This document shows positions 26,701-43,366 of a stretch of 64,000 nucleotides of DNA, in pieces (the stretch's first letter is position 1; each line of letters opens with the position of its first letter). Source of the DNA: the human T2T-CHM13v2.0 reference genome, Homo sapiens. The notes under the pieces are model-generated. The model was not told the DNA's origin, did not search any database, and saw nothing but the letters and a program-made list of their open reading frames with translations. The translations under genes and the position numbers were made by a program. The stretch lies in assembly GCF_009914755.1 (NCBI RefSeq), contig NC_060925.1; one strand, given 5' to 3'.

Positions 26701-27366
26701 ATCGTACAGAGTCTGTACCCACAATCACACCCTATATGGCCTTCTGAGTAATTATACATTACCCAGATTTAAAAGCTACTCAGACTCCCAGTTTCTTAGG
26801 TTCTCATTTGTTTTTTCTCTTAGCAATCTGCAACTTACTATTTGTTTTTCTCTCAGTGTTGAAATGTGTTTCTGTTTCTTTCCATTTCTGACCATTTAAA
26901 CACATAAATAATACTACTTTTAAGCTCTTGTACACAACAAACTGTGATGTATAAAAATATGGTAATTTTATCGTGTGTAAAATAATATAAACATTTGCTA
27001 CTTTTTATAATAAAATTTAATTTTTTCTACCTTTAGATGTATTAAAATATTTTATTTTGTCTGACATTATGAAATAATTCAAGCTTATTATAAAAGATGT
27101 ACATATAGTGATGACCCAAATTCCCACCACCTAGCTTTCCTAATTTTTACCATTTTTACTTGGCTTTTAATTTAAAAAATCTAAAGAAAAATAGAAACCA
27201 CCACAGATGAAGTCTATATATCTCTCCCTGATCTAATCTCTTCCCTTTCCTCCTAGCAGTTTATACTATCTTGAATTTATTATTTATCCTTTCCATGCAT
27301 TTCTTTCATTGTTACTTTTACTATAAATATAAACATGCATAAAAAATATGTAGCATTCTTTGTGAT

Positions 27367-27760
27367 TGCTATAGACTGAATGTTTAATGTCCCCCTCAAA
27401 TCCATATGTTGAAGCCCTAATCCCCAGTGTGATGATTTGGAGGTGTGGCCTTTGGGAGGTTATTAGGTTTTGATGAGGTCATGAGATGGAGCCCATGATG
27501 GAACTTGTGTCCTTAGAAAGGAATGATAAGACCAGAGCTCTCTCTCAGGCCCATGTGAGGACACTGAGGACAGAACTCTCTCGGGGCCTTGTGAGGACAT
27601 AGCCTTTGTAGCTGTCCTCAAGTGGGTGGGCCCACACTAGACACCAAATCTTCTGACACCTTTTCTTGGACTTCCCAGTCTAGAGAAATGTGAGAAATAA
27701 ATGCTTATTGTTTAAGCCACCTAGTCTATGATATTTGTTATAGCAGCAGGAGCTAAGACA
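27367..27760 (+). mobile_element. MaLR solo LTR, MLT1A-like
   Basis: 'tgctatagactgaatgtt'...'gctaagaca'; perfect 5-bp TSD GTGAT. Confidence 0.88.
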
Positions 27761-27792
27761 GTGATGTTTTATTTTTGTAATTAAAAATTATT

Positions 27793-28940
<1,148 letters not shown>

Positions 28941-28945
28941 GATGT

Positions 28946-29306
28946 GGATATGGTTTGGCTGTGTCACCACCCGAATCTCATCTTGAATTCACATGTGTTT
29001 TGGGAAGGACCTGGTGGGAGGTAATTGAATCATGGGGGTAAGTCTTTCCTGTGCTGTTGTAATGATAGTGAATAAGTCTCATGAGATCTGATGGTTTTAA
29101 AAAGAGGTGTTCCCCTGCACAAGCTCTCTCTCATTTTTCGCTTGCTGCCAGCCATGTAAGATGTGACTTGCCCCTCCTTGCCTTCTGCCATGATTGTGAG
29201 GCTTCCTCAGCCATGTGGAACTGTAAGTCCAATTAAACCTCTTTCTGTTGTAAATTGCTCACTCTCAGTTATGTCTTTATCAGCAGTGTGGAAATGGATT
29301 AATACA
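28946..29306 (+). mobile_element. THE1 (THE1A-like) MaLR solo LTR
   Basis: 'gatatggtttggctgtgtc...aatctcatcttgaatt'...'taataca'; TSD gatgt/gatat. Confidence 0.9.
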
Positions 29307-29461
29307 GATATCTTAAACTTTATTAAAATGTCATACTATATGTACATACTCCAACTTGATCTTTTCTTTTTTGGTCAATGGTATGCTTCTGAGATTTAGC
29401 AATGTTGCTACATGCAGTTCCAGTTTATTGAATTTAATGTTGTTTTAAATAAACAAAGTTT

Positions 29462-29740
<279 letters not shown>

Positions 29741-32338
29741 AAGATTGTTCTCTGTTCTTTTGCAGTTAGTTAATGCTATAAGGAACCTGCTTGTACTTGT
29801 ATGCTTGTGTACAGCTGTAAAGATTTCTTTTGGTTATATACCTAGGAATAAACTTACTAGGTATAGGACATGGACGTCTTCACCTTTAACAGATTTTGAC
29901 AAACTGCTCTTCAAATATGGTTTTACCTGTAGTTTATACTTCTTATTATAAAAAATACTGATGAAAATATACCTGGAAACATTGAAACAAAGACTAAAAA
30001 TATTAGCATTCCATATAAAACCTTTTCTCTATGCATTTTATCTATATAATATGACCCTATTGTATAAATAATGCTTGGTTTTACTTTTTACATATAAGTA
30101 TGTCATTGTTGCATTATAAACTTTTATTTATGTCACTTTTAGCAACTATAAAACTCTCATGAGATGAATATACCACATAATTATCTTCTTGTTGGTTATG
30201 TTGATTAATTTTAATTTTCACCATTTAAAGTAATTTTTATAAACTTCGTATGGTTTCAAAAATATGTTTATATTATTTTGGCTTCTGTTTTCTTATCTTG
30301 ATATTATACCATGTATATATTCTATATCTGCCATGGAATGCTTCAAGTCACTACACTATGTGGAATTACACAGGGTTTTTTTTAAACCTTCACAGGTAAA
30401 GAGGATTCCATACCAAAACTTAGAATTAACCTGAAAGTTTCAATAATTTGAGTCAAATGGTTAAACATTTTAATAGGCTATATTTTCTGTCAGAAGAGTT
30501 GCCATCCTTCCCTGCATTTTAACAGTTACATTTATTTTTGATATCGAAGAGCTACAGACTACTGAAATGGCTGAAAGTAGTCAAGAATGGTTGACTGCTT
30601 TGGTTTTCTTCTAGAACTGTAGCTTCCACCATTTCCAAGCTTAGCATATTGAGGGGACCATGTGCGTATGTAACAGACACAATTTCTAAACTTTTCCTGT
30701 CCTTTGTCTTTTGTAGTTTTGAAGAAGCTGTCATAATAAGGTCACAGTACAGGCTCAGCCTTATGTTAACAACTTTCTGAAGCTGAAAGAGAATTCCCCT
30801 GAGAAGGCTACACAGCAGTGTTTGGCATGTGAACAAAAAAAAAATCAAAAAAAAGAATGGCACAGTTTTCCTGTGATGGCTATACACTCTGCGAAAAAGA
30901 CTCTAAAATATTAATTATAAGGTAGAGGGAGGCTGAGTTGGAAAGGATGCATAAAACACAAATGCGGATTTCTAATGCAACTGAAACAAATTAATTATCC
31001 CACTGGCTCTATTTATTTTATAATAGGCCCCAACTCTATACTTGCCTCAAGAAATACTTCTCTCCTAGGCAATTCTTTGGATAAAATGATGAATAGAGTT
31101 CAAGTGAGAGGGTGCAGGATGGATTGGCAAACTCAGTGAATTTTATGCCCTAATCTAAAATGAGATGGTTGAGAGAAAACTGATTGAAGCAGCTAAACCC
31201 TGCCAGGAAGAACAGTCTCTGAGTTGCCACCATTGCTGTGTAGCCCTAAGCTTGTTACCATACAAATGTATGACATTATCAGAGTTGGTGACAAATGTAT
31301 AGTGGAGGAAGAGCAGGGGGTGGTGAATACGATACACAGGTGTAGGTTTTGCTAAGAAAGAAATTTTGCCTGTGAGGGACATAATGTGCATTAGCTCATT
31401 AAATCTTAAGTAGAATTGGAAATTTAAAAATTAGATTTTCAGTTCATGTAGTCTCATCAATTATCTCTGATTTGGGGCATAGTGTACAAGGTTCTCCATG
31501 ACCTGACCGTTACCTGACACTCCAGCCTCATCTTCCCTTATAATCACCACTTCAAACTGTACCTTGGCTATATATCAGGTTGATTCTTGCTGAGATATCT
31601 TTGCTTTTTAAAATTATTATTGTTTTACCCTTTTAGCTTAAGATTTGGCTAAATTGTACTGTTTTTTGAGACTCCTTAGTCCTTCTTTCTGAGGATTTCT
31701 GAGCTTCTCTCTTGAGGATAGTGTCTATGGTAACAGTGATTTTTATCTGCCCAGTATCCTTTCCCCATATCTCACTTCTGCTACAGCCCTAGACATTCTC
31801 ACTATAGTAGAAGGGACTTGGCAGAATCTTTACCAAAGTTATTCTAACAAGAACTGAAGACTAAAGATCCTATTGCCTACTGGGTCACTAAGATGAAAAA
31901 AGCCTTGCATTAGGAAAAATTAAAGACAATCATCAGAGACAAGAGATGGAGAGATGGAGTTCTAATAATTACCGAGTTCCCTTTTCAGTCCCTAATACAC
32001 ACAGAATGGCTTTGGTTCTTGCGTTTTTTTTCTTCTAATTGTTTGTTTTACTTCAGAATTCTAATACTCTTCCATAACATTTAATTTCCTAATGAATTGG
32101 AGATTTAATTTTTTTAATTTGTTACATGTAACCGATGGCCTAATACAATTTTTATTCTTGTGTTCTCCTTTACACCCTGGACTTACCGCTATCTTATTGC
32201 TTTCTTCATTTTGATGATGCAATATCACTATATATCTATGATTCCTAAAGACTCTGAGCTCCTCCAGAATAGGACAATATCTTCATCAGCATTTTAAAGT
32301 CAGTGTCTTGGACACATTATCATTTAAAAGTACTTAGC

Positions 32339-32691
<353 letters not shown>

Positions 32692-33338
32692 TTAGTTCAG
32701 TGTTGAGCTCTTTATGGAATTGAATACCACCTTGGAATTTTATTGGCTAAAAACTGTTAAAGTGGTTTATGATTTTGATATGAGTCAACAATGAATTACA
32801 AAGAAATCTAATATGCTCACCTTGAATAAATCATAGTCAATCTTGCTGCAATATTGTTTTCTATCCACCAACATTTATCTGTGGTGATTAATATAAGAAA
32901 AAATTAATACGTTATGTATTGAAAATGAGATAATTATTTTTTCCTTTGAATGTTAAATTTTTCTTTTTAAATTTCCAGTAGCAGAAAAATTTTCTTGGTA
33001 ATTCTCAGTGCCTTTGTGTTTTATATCTAAAACATATAAAAATGAAGAATTTCAACTTTGGAGTTTGTGTCTTGATTGGACCTCTTGATATTCCAACTAT
33101 TGCTTGTGTTGCTGAATTGTGACATGGTGTCACATAACCTTATATAGTCTACCAAAGAGACATTAGATATTTATTCAGGGTCCCAAGGAGCAGCATAAAG
33201 AAAATGGATCTAACAATGTTGCTTAATTTCTTTTTTTCCTCATCTGTAAAATGGGTATAGCAATAGCACTGAATACAGTTAGAAGTATGATAAGTTAAAG
33301 GACTGAAGTTATTATGAAGATTAAAATAAAAAAAATCA

Positions 33339-33640
<302 letters not shown>

Positions 33641-34739
33641 TTAGCCACTGTTAGAATTATTATGATTTGTTAGATGATGGATTAACAATTTACAAAAATA
33701 AGAAATAAATTAAAGCAAAATATACAGTAGTGGTGGGGATCTCAGAACTGATTAATCAAGTCCACACCCTCCCCCTACTCTAAGCGAATATTTCAGAGTA
33801 TATATGTTTGTTGAATATCCCAGATGATGGGACTGAAAAATAAAACTCATATCTTAAAATAATGGACTTTTAGTTGAAAAGTTCACTGGAGGCCATTTCT
33901 TATGAGAGAAAACCCTACTGCTTTTGTTTTATAACCCCCAGTGAATTGAACTTTTTAAAGTGACAGACCATTCAATTTAATAATACATATAATTGTTAAG
34001 AAATTATTTTTATTAAATTGAAATGAAATCTAGCTCTCAGAAAAGTATACTAATTGTTATTTGTGCTATTCCTTAGGGCATATAGAAAAATGTCTAATTT
34101 CTTTTCAGCATAATATATGAGGTCAATTAAGATGTCTCACACAAGCCATCCCTCTCCTTAGGGATTCTGACTGCAGTTCATTTGCCATTGTATTGAATTC
34201 CCCCATCCTCTTACATACTCTTCTCAGCACTTAATCTAGTGTTCCAAAATCTCATTCATTCTGATACCCAAAACTATGTCTAAGTTTATTCTAATTAGCT
34301 CAGAATAGCTAAAATAGATTAATCTTCCTTGTTCTGGTACCTTATACTCAGTAATGCAGATTAGGTAGAATAATTTTGGGCCATCTCCATATTTTGAGTA
34401 TGAATTAAAGTAGTACGTGTGCCTTAACAACATGTTTCTTTTTAGTGTGTATTAAAGTACGGATAGATTGTTGATTCTTATGAGTCTTGTAGAAAATTAA
34501 ACCCTCAAAAGGCTATGTATGTGCTGCTATATTTTTGAACTTGTGCTCCAGATTTTTGATTTATCTATGTTAAATTCTAGTTTGATTCAGCCCATGATTA
34601 GAATTTGATGAAATTTTTTTGGGTTCCTAAATCTAGCATCAGCATGTTCTCTCTAGCTTCATTTTATCCTCCAGTTTAATTCCATGCTATAAGTGTTGGT
34701 TTGTATTTTTTTTAAATCCATATTTGTTTAAATATTGTA

Positions 34740-34990
34740 TTTTTTAATTTTTCAAAGAATAGTTTTATTAATTACAAAAGTAATACATGCTTATTACAGA
34801 AATCAAAATATTACAGAAATTTATGATAGAGAAAAAGTTAAAGTGCCGCATTATTCCACTTCTGGAGATAATCACTATTAATATTTTGGATTATATTCTT
34901 CTCTCTCTTTTTATCTCTCCATATACTAGTAAAAATATATCTTTGTGTCTTTTTCCACACATGGAATAATACATTTAATCTTGAAACTTG
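34740..34990 (-). mobile_element. Very old L1ME-type 3' fragment
   Basis: 'aaagtaatacatgcttatt...gagataatcactattaatattttgg'. Confidence 0.5.
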
Positions 34991-35342
34991 ATTTTTAAAA
35001 ATTTCCTGCTAACTTAGCTGATCAAAACAAATTTATTGATGCATAATAATTATACATATTTATAGGATATGTGTGATATTTCTGCAGTGTTTAAAGGTTT
35101 GCAGAAAAGAATATTGGCAGAACAGAGCTTTGGACTGAAAACACAAGATATTTATGTTGACTATCCACGAATAAGAAGGTAATTAAGGGAGATGTACTTA
35201 TGTTTCTGAATATATACATTTTATGTCAGAACTTGTGCTAAGTACCATACATACATTAGCTCATACAAACATTAGCCACACCATAGTCATATAAACTTAG
35301 TATTAAGTAATATAATTTTCACATTATAGATGAAGATAGTGA

Positions 35343-35673
<331 letters not shown>

Positions 35674-35689
35674 AAGTTCCTATTTTTAA

Positions 35690-37375
35690 AATGTTTATCT
35701 AGGCATACCAGCATCATTTGTTGAAAAGACTCTCTTTTCCTAATTGAATTACCTTGGTGTCTTTGTGAAAAATCAATTAATTCTATTTGCAACAGCCTGT
35801 TTTCTGGACTCTGTATTCTATTTCATTGATCTAATCATCTATACTTATGTCAACTCCACAGTCTTAATTATTGTAGTTTTATAGTAAGCCTTGAAATCAG
35901 GTAGTGTGAGGCCTCCAACTTAATTTTTCTTTTTAAATATTGTTTTTATTGCTTTAGATTCTTTGAGTTCCATACATATTTTAGAATATATGTTAATTTC
36001 AGAAGAAAAGTATGATAGGATTATGATAGAGATGGTGTTAATTCTAGCTGAGGGAGAATACCATGAAGGTTAATTCTATCACCTCTGGATTTGGCCTGAG
36101 CTGTTTTGCTAAAGTACCTGCATGAAACTGACTTCTATCAAGGCATGAAACATATTATCATAATGTTTTTGCTTTGTAGTCGTGGGCCCAAGGAATTTTA
36201 GGATTGTGTGGACCAGCTTGTTAGCTTTGTTTATTGATAATAATTAGATAATTTACTATCCTCTCTCAGACAAACCCCTGGAGGGCTGTGCTTTTGGGGC
36301 TGCTTACATAGCAGAAATGCTTATGCAATCAGCAGAGTATAAGAAATCTCAGCCGAGATTCCTTTTTAGAGTTCTTGGTTCTTTGGTGTTCTCTGCACAT
36401 TTTGGGGGCTCCTTATCCAAGGAGAAAGTGTGTCTCCCAGTGAACTTTAGAGACGGAGAAAAATTGGTTTGCACCTGGCTTCTCTAGGACATTTAAAGTA
36501 GACAAAAGTTCTTGAATGCCTGCTATATTATATTCTTTTTCTGCAATAAACTGTAGATTTTTAAACAGTGCCATTTTGGGTCCTGTGAACCTTGTTTAGC
36601 AGCTGCACCCTGCCTGACTGCCACTGGTAGTGCAGAGATAATCAGTATCTTAATAATACTGAGTCTTCCAATCTATGTAGTTTATCTCTTCATTTATTTG
36701 TCTTTCTTAATTTCTCTTTGTTCCTTTAAAATGTATTCAGTGTAGAGCTCTCGCACATTAATAACAATTCCAAAGTATGTTTTTTGTTGCTATTGTAAAC
36801 TTTATTGTTTTGTAAAGTTATTTCTTAATTTTGATTGCCAGTTTATAGAAGGAAATGCAATTGAATTTTTTTATATTTACTAGGTGTTATATTTTTATTT
36901 TGATCTGATATCCCACAATCATTTAAATTTAAAAATTAATTACAATTGCTTTGTAGGTTCCTTATGATTTTCTACATAAACAATCATATTGTCTTGGAAT
37001 GGAGGCAGTTTTACTTCTTTTCTCTCAATCATATGCCTATTTTTTTCTTTCACTTTCTTGCACGGCTAGAACCTCCACTACAATGTTAAAACAAAGAGAT
37101 AAAAGCAGACATTCTTAACTTCTCTATGATTTTCGTGCAAACAAATTTATTAATTTGCCATTGCAGAAGTTAGTTAAAGCTGTTGTAGGAATACCTTTAT
37201 CATATTGAGGCAATTCCTTTTGATTCATAGTTTACTGAGACTTTAATTGTTCATATTAAATTTTATCAGTTGCTTTTTCTGTAACTATTGAAAGAATCAC
37301 AAAATTTTTCTCCTTAATTCTGTAATTTGGTGAGTTGGATTGATTAGTTTTCAAATTTTAACCTAACTGCACTCT
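35690..37375 (-). mobile_element. Old L1M ORF2 fragment, interrupted by an LTR
   Basis: 'cagcatcatttgttgaaaagactctc', 'ttgaaatcaggtagtgtgaggcctccaac', 'gctagaacctccactacaatgtt'. Confidence 0.8.
36059..36634 (+). mobile_element. ERVL-class solo LTR (MER76/MER68/MER77-like)
   Basis: Non-L1 block splitting contiguous L1 sequence; ends ...gtgca; AATAAA then 'gggtcctgtgaacc'; TSD gagaa/gagat. Confidence 0.65.
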
Positions 37376-37449
37376 TGGACTTAAGCCGTCTAGTTCTTAG
37401 AGATAATCTTCTTGTAGAAACTGAACAATTATACTGAGGAAAGAAAGTG

Positions 37450-37451
<2 letters not shown>

Positions 37452-37487
<36 letters not shown>
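37452..37487. repeat. (GT)18 microsatellite
   Basis: Seen directly. Confidence 0.95.
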
Positions 37488-37490
<3 letters not shown>

Positions 37491-37964
37491 CATAGTTTTT
37501 AAAAATTAATTGGTTTTAGTTTTTCTTAGGAAAATTAACATTTAATTTGTTGAACTAGTTGTAAGACAAGAGCCTAAGTGTTCACACGGCAGAAAAGTTG
37601 AATTTAGCAAAGCATGGCTAAGTCTGCAAATGTCGCAGAATTCAGCCAAGCTGGAACGGTATTGACTTGAGAAACAATGACTAAGCACAGGCCTGTGATC
37701 TAAGAAAAATGTAACTTTCAAGCACAAAGTGTTAATAGGCAACTGGTCTACAAAGCGTTCTCCATGGAGTGGGCAAAAAATCTGCCCAGCTGTGCTGCAT
37801 CAGTGTTGGGAATTGACAGAAAAACGCAAGGGCTGTCTGTAGTAACTTATTCAGATTCCACTTCAAATTTTCTTTGGTTTGAAGTAGAGCTGTCCTCCCT
37901 TGGACTCATACAATCTTCTACAATTCCTACAAGTTTTCAAGAGGGAGACTGTACTTTCTGCTAA

Positions 37965-38390
37965 CAGAGAAGTGGTATAATATAGTGATCAGCAGCAGGA
38001 CTCAGAACCTGACTGTCTAGATTCAAGCCCTTGGTCCACCACTCATTAACTGTCTCACCTTGATGTTTCCAAATTTCTATCTGACTTAGTCATTCGCGAT
38101 GACGATGATGGTGATGATGATGATGGTGATGATGACAATAGAAAGCACACAATGGAGTTATTTTGAGGACACAATGAGATAATATATTTAAATAATATGA
38201 TGACAACAATACCCTGGATATAGAAGTATTCAGTGAATATTTGCCATAATTAGAAAATTCTGTTATTAGTATGTAAATACCATGAGGAGAGGCATTTTTA
38301 TGTTTTGTTCATTGCTGCATCTGCGGTGCCTAGAATAGTACCTGGAACAAAGAGACACTCCATAAAAAATATATTGAATGCATGAATGTA
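37965..38390 (+). mobile_element. MIR containing an imperfect (GAT)n, then an L2 3' end
   Basis: 'tagattcaagcccttggtccaccactcattaactgt'; 'gttcattgctgcatctgcggtgcctagaatagtacctgg...gaatgcatgaatg'. Confidence 0.6.
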
Positions 38391-38587
38391 ACATTTGCAT
38401 CTAGAACTGATGAGTTGCATATATTGGTAACAATTAGTCCTATAATCTAGCAATTTAGTGGATTGGCCCTTGCTGAGGCGATAGCCTACTGAACTGGACA
38501 GATGGTTGGGGTAAATGCCAGTACTTGCCCTCCTGCAGGCATTTTCTGACCTAAAATTCTCATGCTTTGGTTCAATGTGACTCTGCA

Positions 38588-38715
38588 CAGAGCAGCCATA
38601 TAATTTGTATACAAACCAAACACTTTTGAGAATAAAAAGGGTTCTATTAATGACACCATGATAATAGATGTAAGCTGGGACAAACTAGGACAAACCAGGA
38701 CATATGGCCACCTTA
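38588..38715. mobile_element. MER94-like hAT-Blackjack MITE
   Basis: 'ccatataatttg..caaacc..acacttttgaga' ... 'caaaccaggacatatggccacctta'. Confidence 0.7.
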
Positions 38716-39944
38716 CTTCAGCACCCTCACTGCCCCTGACTGGATTAAAGATTGGTGGCATTCCTAAAAGAGGTTGTCTATTGAGTAGACAGCAGCCCAT
38801 GAAGTGGTCCCCAGTACATTAGGTAGGAACTGTCTAAAGCAGTAATATTCTCAATGGGGGCATTTTTAATGCAAAAATAGCCTGAGAGTCAAGTACTGAT
38901 AAGAGCAGTTCAAAGAGGTAAAACAGAGGATAGCTGAGTCACCTAAGAGCACAGCACGGCTGCAGAGGGCATAAAGCGGACCAGATCTCTGCAGCTGTTG
39001 CTGTGCCTGGAGAGTCACCCGTGCTGTTCTATTCTCAGACTCATTCCAGATTTTTTCCATGATTTCAGTTCTCTGCTGACTGGGATTCTTTCTTTTCTGT
39101 TCTTGCTTACTTCCCTGATAATCCATAATATAAGCTTTGATTATTTGTGAAGAACTGGTTATATTTTTGTTAATTACAATCTGAAAAACTCTAACTCACA
39201 TATGTGCAACTAATATCAGTTCTTTGTATTTTTTCCAGCATTATCTGCTGCTCTGCACTGCTTTAGTGTTAACACATTACTCGTGTTAGCCCATGATATT
39301 AAGATGCTCTGTAAGCTCTTGTCCACTATGAAATCAGTGTAGGTTTACAGATTAAATGAGAAATAATTCACTTGTATTACCTGTATCATATTCAACTATG
39401 AGTTAAATGAGCTTTGGGTTTGCCTGGGAGTCTGACCAACGTTTGTAATAACATATCCATGAAAAAAAAATATCAAATTTCAACCAAGAGTGTCAAGACA
39501 TTATTTGAGAAGCTAAAATCCAGGATACAAGGTTTGATAAGTATGAGTGCATTATGAAGACAATAGGGCAGAATATTTTAACTGCGATTCTTCTGGAAAG
39601 GCAGAGCTAAACGAAAACCATAAATATCAGAGACACAGGGTGGTGTTCAGCATCATCATAATAGGGATATTATGGTAGAAATATAATTTAAAAATAACTA
39701 AACTACAGTAATGTCAAATGTACCAGAAAAGAAAATATGCGTGTATGGGAGATAAGGGGTGACTGGAGGAGGGAAGGACTGTGAGAGCACAGCCTTTCTA
39801 GAATGAATCTTCTGTGAGAATTTTTAGTCTAACTCAGCAATATATGTACACACAGGAGTAAAGAGACTGCTGATGCATGTAATGCCTGTCAACATTGTTT
39901 CACATGATTAACTTTTCCTTTTTAAACTCATCTGATGTTATTGT

Positions 39945-40380
39945 TGTTAAATAAAATTTATAGGTGACTGTTGGTTTGAACTGAGCTCCTACACTAAGCC
40001 CAACAGATCAAACTAAAATGAAATCATTTTTGTTGAGTTCCAGCCACCAAGTCAAAACCAAGTTGTTTATCTGACCTTCTGAGAAATCAAGAGAGATAAT
40101 AGCTAAATTCCCAAACAGGTCAGGTTTAGTCCGTATGATAAGGACATTCCCTCTGCTTTAACCTTTTCAAGGAAAATAACTTTGAAATGACCAATCTGCT
40201 TTTTGTTCTTGGTTTCTGCTTTCCTCAGCCCTTTTCTGTCCATAAAGCCAAACTCCTCCACTCAGCTCATTGGAATACTCATTCTATTTTACAGAATGGG
40301 GTTTTGCCTGATTCTAGAATTGCAAATAAAAGCCAACTAAGGTCTTTAAATTAAATTTGTTATAATTTTGTCTTTTGACA
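39945..40380 (+). mobile_element. MER57-family ERV1 solo LTR
   Basis: 'tgttaaataaaatttatagg...actgagctcctacactaagcccaacaga'; 'aataaaagccaa'; ends 'ttttgaca'. Confidence 0.75.
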
Positions 40381-41029
40381 GCCCGTTAGAGGATCACTAC
40401 AGAAGTCCCAATCATCCATTTTACGATAGTCTTTGTGTGTGCCTCCCATACAAATAAAATTTTTTTAAAAAAAGCAGAACTTCATCCTACTTTTAGCTCT
40501 TCTTTGGAGTTCTGACTAAACCCACATCCATTAGTCCTGAAGCTAATTGAGCTAATCTACCATTTTCATGTTCTTATTTAGGAAAAGAGGTCATTGACGC
40601 TTTGATATTTTGGTCAGAATCTATTTTAAAGATTTGTGTCTATTGCAGCCGAATCATTTAAATAGCTGCAAAACTGTAAAAATATTTTAAAGGTTTATTT
40701 TTATTTTTTCTGAACAGTCTTTTAAAATAGCAGTCCAACTGAGGTCAAATGAAGCAAGATCTGGAATTTTAAAATTAGAGGGCAGCCATTAGAAAAATTA
40801 CACTCATTACAGTAAAGGTTAGCTGAGAGTATTTTAGAATCCTATGAGTTTACTTATGATTTAAATAGAGAGACTACCACGTATTATCCTTACACATTTC
40901 TCTGATTCTTTGTTTTCTAATTTTTCTTCAATTTGTTAAAAAGATTCAAGGCGAAAAAATGAATCAAACCCTACTTTAGTGTTCAGATTAAGATGGACTT
41001 TATAAAAGTCCTTGAGAACATTTATATTT

Positions 41030-41087
41030 CCCTTCCTTCCTTCCTTTCTTCCTTCCTTTTTCTCTCTTTTTCTTTTCTTTTTTTTCT

Positions 41088-41143
<56 letters not shown>

Positions 41144-41207
41144 TCCTTCTTTCATTCTTTCCTCTTTCTCTTTCTCTTTCTCTTTCTCTCTTTCTTTCAT
41201 TCTTTCT
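41030..41207. repeat. Compound pyrimidine microsatellite incl. (TTTC)~14, an expanded Alu tail
   Basis: Seen directly, adjacent to the Alu 3' end. Confidence 0.92.
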
Positions 41208-41570
<363 letters not shown>

Positions 41571-43366
41571 TAATGTAATATAAAGTATATTTCTATGTTT
41601 GCAATATATATTACTGGAGATTTTTGAAACCTATAAGTTTAATTTAATATTAGACCCTAATATAAATATAAACATCCAATTAGTTAATCCAACACTGAGG
41701 AAAATATTTGTTCCTCCAAGTCCATAGTATTTAGACCATTTTATAAATATATGAAAATTTTTTCTTAAGCTAGTCATGACTCTGTTGCCCAAAAATAAAT
41801 TCCTTAATGAAAGGCATCTTTCTTTGGCCTTTAAAGTTACTTTTTTTTTAAATTTCATCAGTAAGGTCTACAAAAAGTTGATTTAGACAAACACTAATTT
41901 TTTACGTTTCTGCCCTCAAAATGTTAACAGTCGATATAAATTCAACCATATTATACGTTTTTAAAAGCCAAGGCAATGCTGTCTTTTGTTATTTCTTTGC
42001 AGATAATGCAGATGAAAGGAGACATTAAGTACTGTTATTTATCACAAAATAAAAATGCCCATTCATCAAGCAAGGAGGTAAACCAGTATGATTTTTCACC
42101 AGTTTACTCATGATCAGAAATCCACAGTGATATGGCTTAGGCTATTTTTTAGAAAATGAAAAATAAAGTGTTGGATAACAAAAAATATGAAATGTGTGGC
42201 TAGAAGTAGACCAAATATGCCTTTTGGCCAAAGATGATTCAAAATTGAATCTGAAATGTTATTAAAATGTTTACTATGGTTACAATTTTTTATTAAAACT
42301 TTTGCTAGATCTATTTTTAAAGTTTGACATTAAAATGCAAGATTTATAACTTTTCAGCAAAAATACTAACTTTTAACAGAGAAAAGTCAATAATGGGACA
42401 AGATCTACTTTTTCTACCTTGTCCAGAGTAGGGTACTCCTGGATTGTGATGTTTCCACCAAGTACTTAGCTTTTCTTCTTCTCTAGCCAGAGCTGAATGT
42501 GGTGAAGGGTTAACTACTCTTCGACATTTGGGCTCTCAGATATGATCAGTGCCCTTGTGGCTGTCCTAACAACCCAATCTCACACTTAGAAGCTTCCCGC
42601 ATTGATGGAAAACCACTTTGTGAATATTTTCAGATGCAGACATATTGTTGCTTTCATTTCAATATTTTTATTCTAATGTATTTGCAAGCATTCACTGCTT
42701 TATATTGTCTTATGGGGAAATTTGTTCTTAATCTTGGAGCTAGAAATGTAACAAGGGAGCAATGTGATTGACTTTCAAGTTACTAAACTCTTGTCCGAAT
42801 TTCTATCTGCACCCAGCTTTTACTGTCTGCACTCCCAGCATCTTTTAATAGAATGATAGGAGGATATTTTTAGCAGAACTTATCAGTAAAGAAATGGTTG
42901 TAATCTCAAGGCACATAGTTTGCCTGATTTAGTATATAAATAACTTTCTCTACAAACAACTGTTGTTTGTAGAGAAATACTTTATTATTCAATAATTATT
43001 ATTGGTTGTTAAGTAAGACTTGCTATGTTGGAGATTTTCCCCCTTGCAACATATGGTATGGTATTAAGGCTTTCTTTTATTTAAGCAGATTTTAATATGT
43101 GATGGTTACTTCTCCATCTAGTTTGGTTTGCAGTTCCAAAATCTCCTGTAACTTTTGATTTTTGCCTTTGGCTTAAAAAGAATGAAAATAGTGGCCCAAC
43201 AATTCTCTGCATACTGCTAGTAATTTAGTTGTATTGTGTTCTATAATAATTTTTAACCATATAAAAATATAAGCTTTTATCACACTGTCAATAAAATTGC
43301 ATGCAATTTTTGTTAATAATTTATTATTCAATAATTATTATTATTTAGTCAGATACTGTTGGCACA

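Noticed and set aside
30375-30402. Plus-strand cacag|gtaaag fused splice motif
   Set aside because: Short interrupted pyrimidine tract and weak donor; expected by chance
37500-37900. Repeat-free stretches that might be conserved enhancers (also ~1000-1700 and ~30550-31000)
   Set aside because: Cannot be supported without conservation or chromatin data
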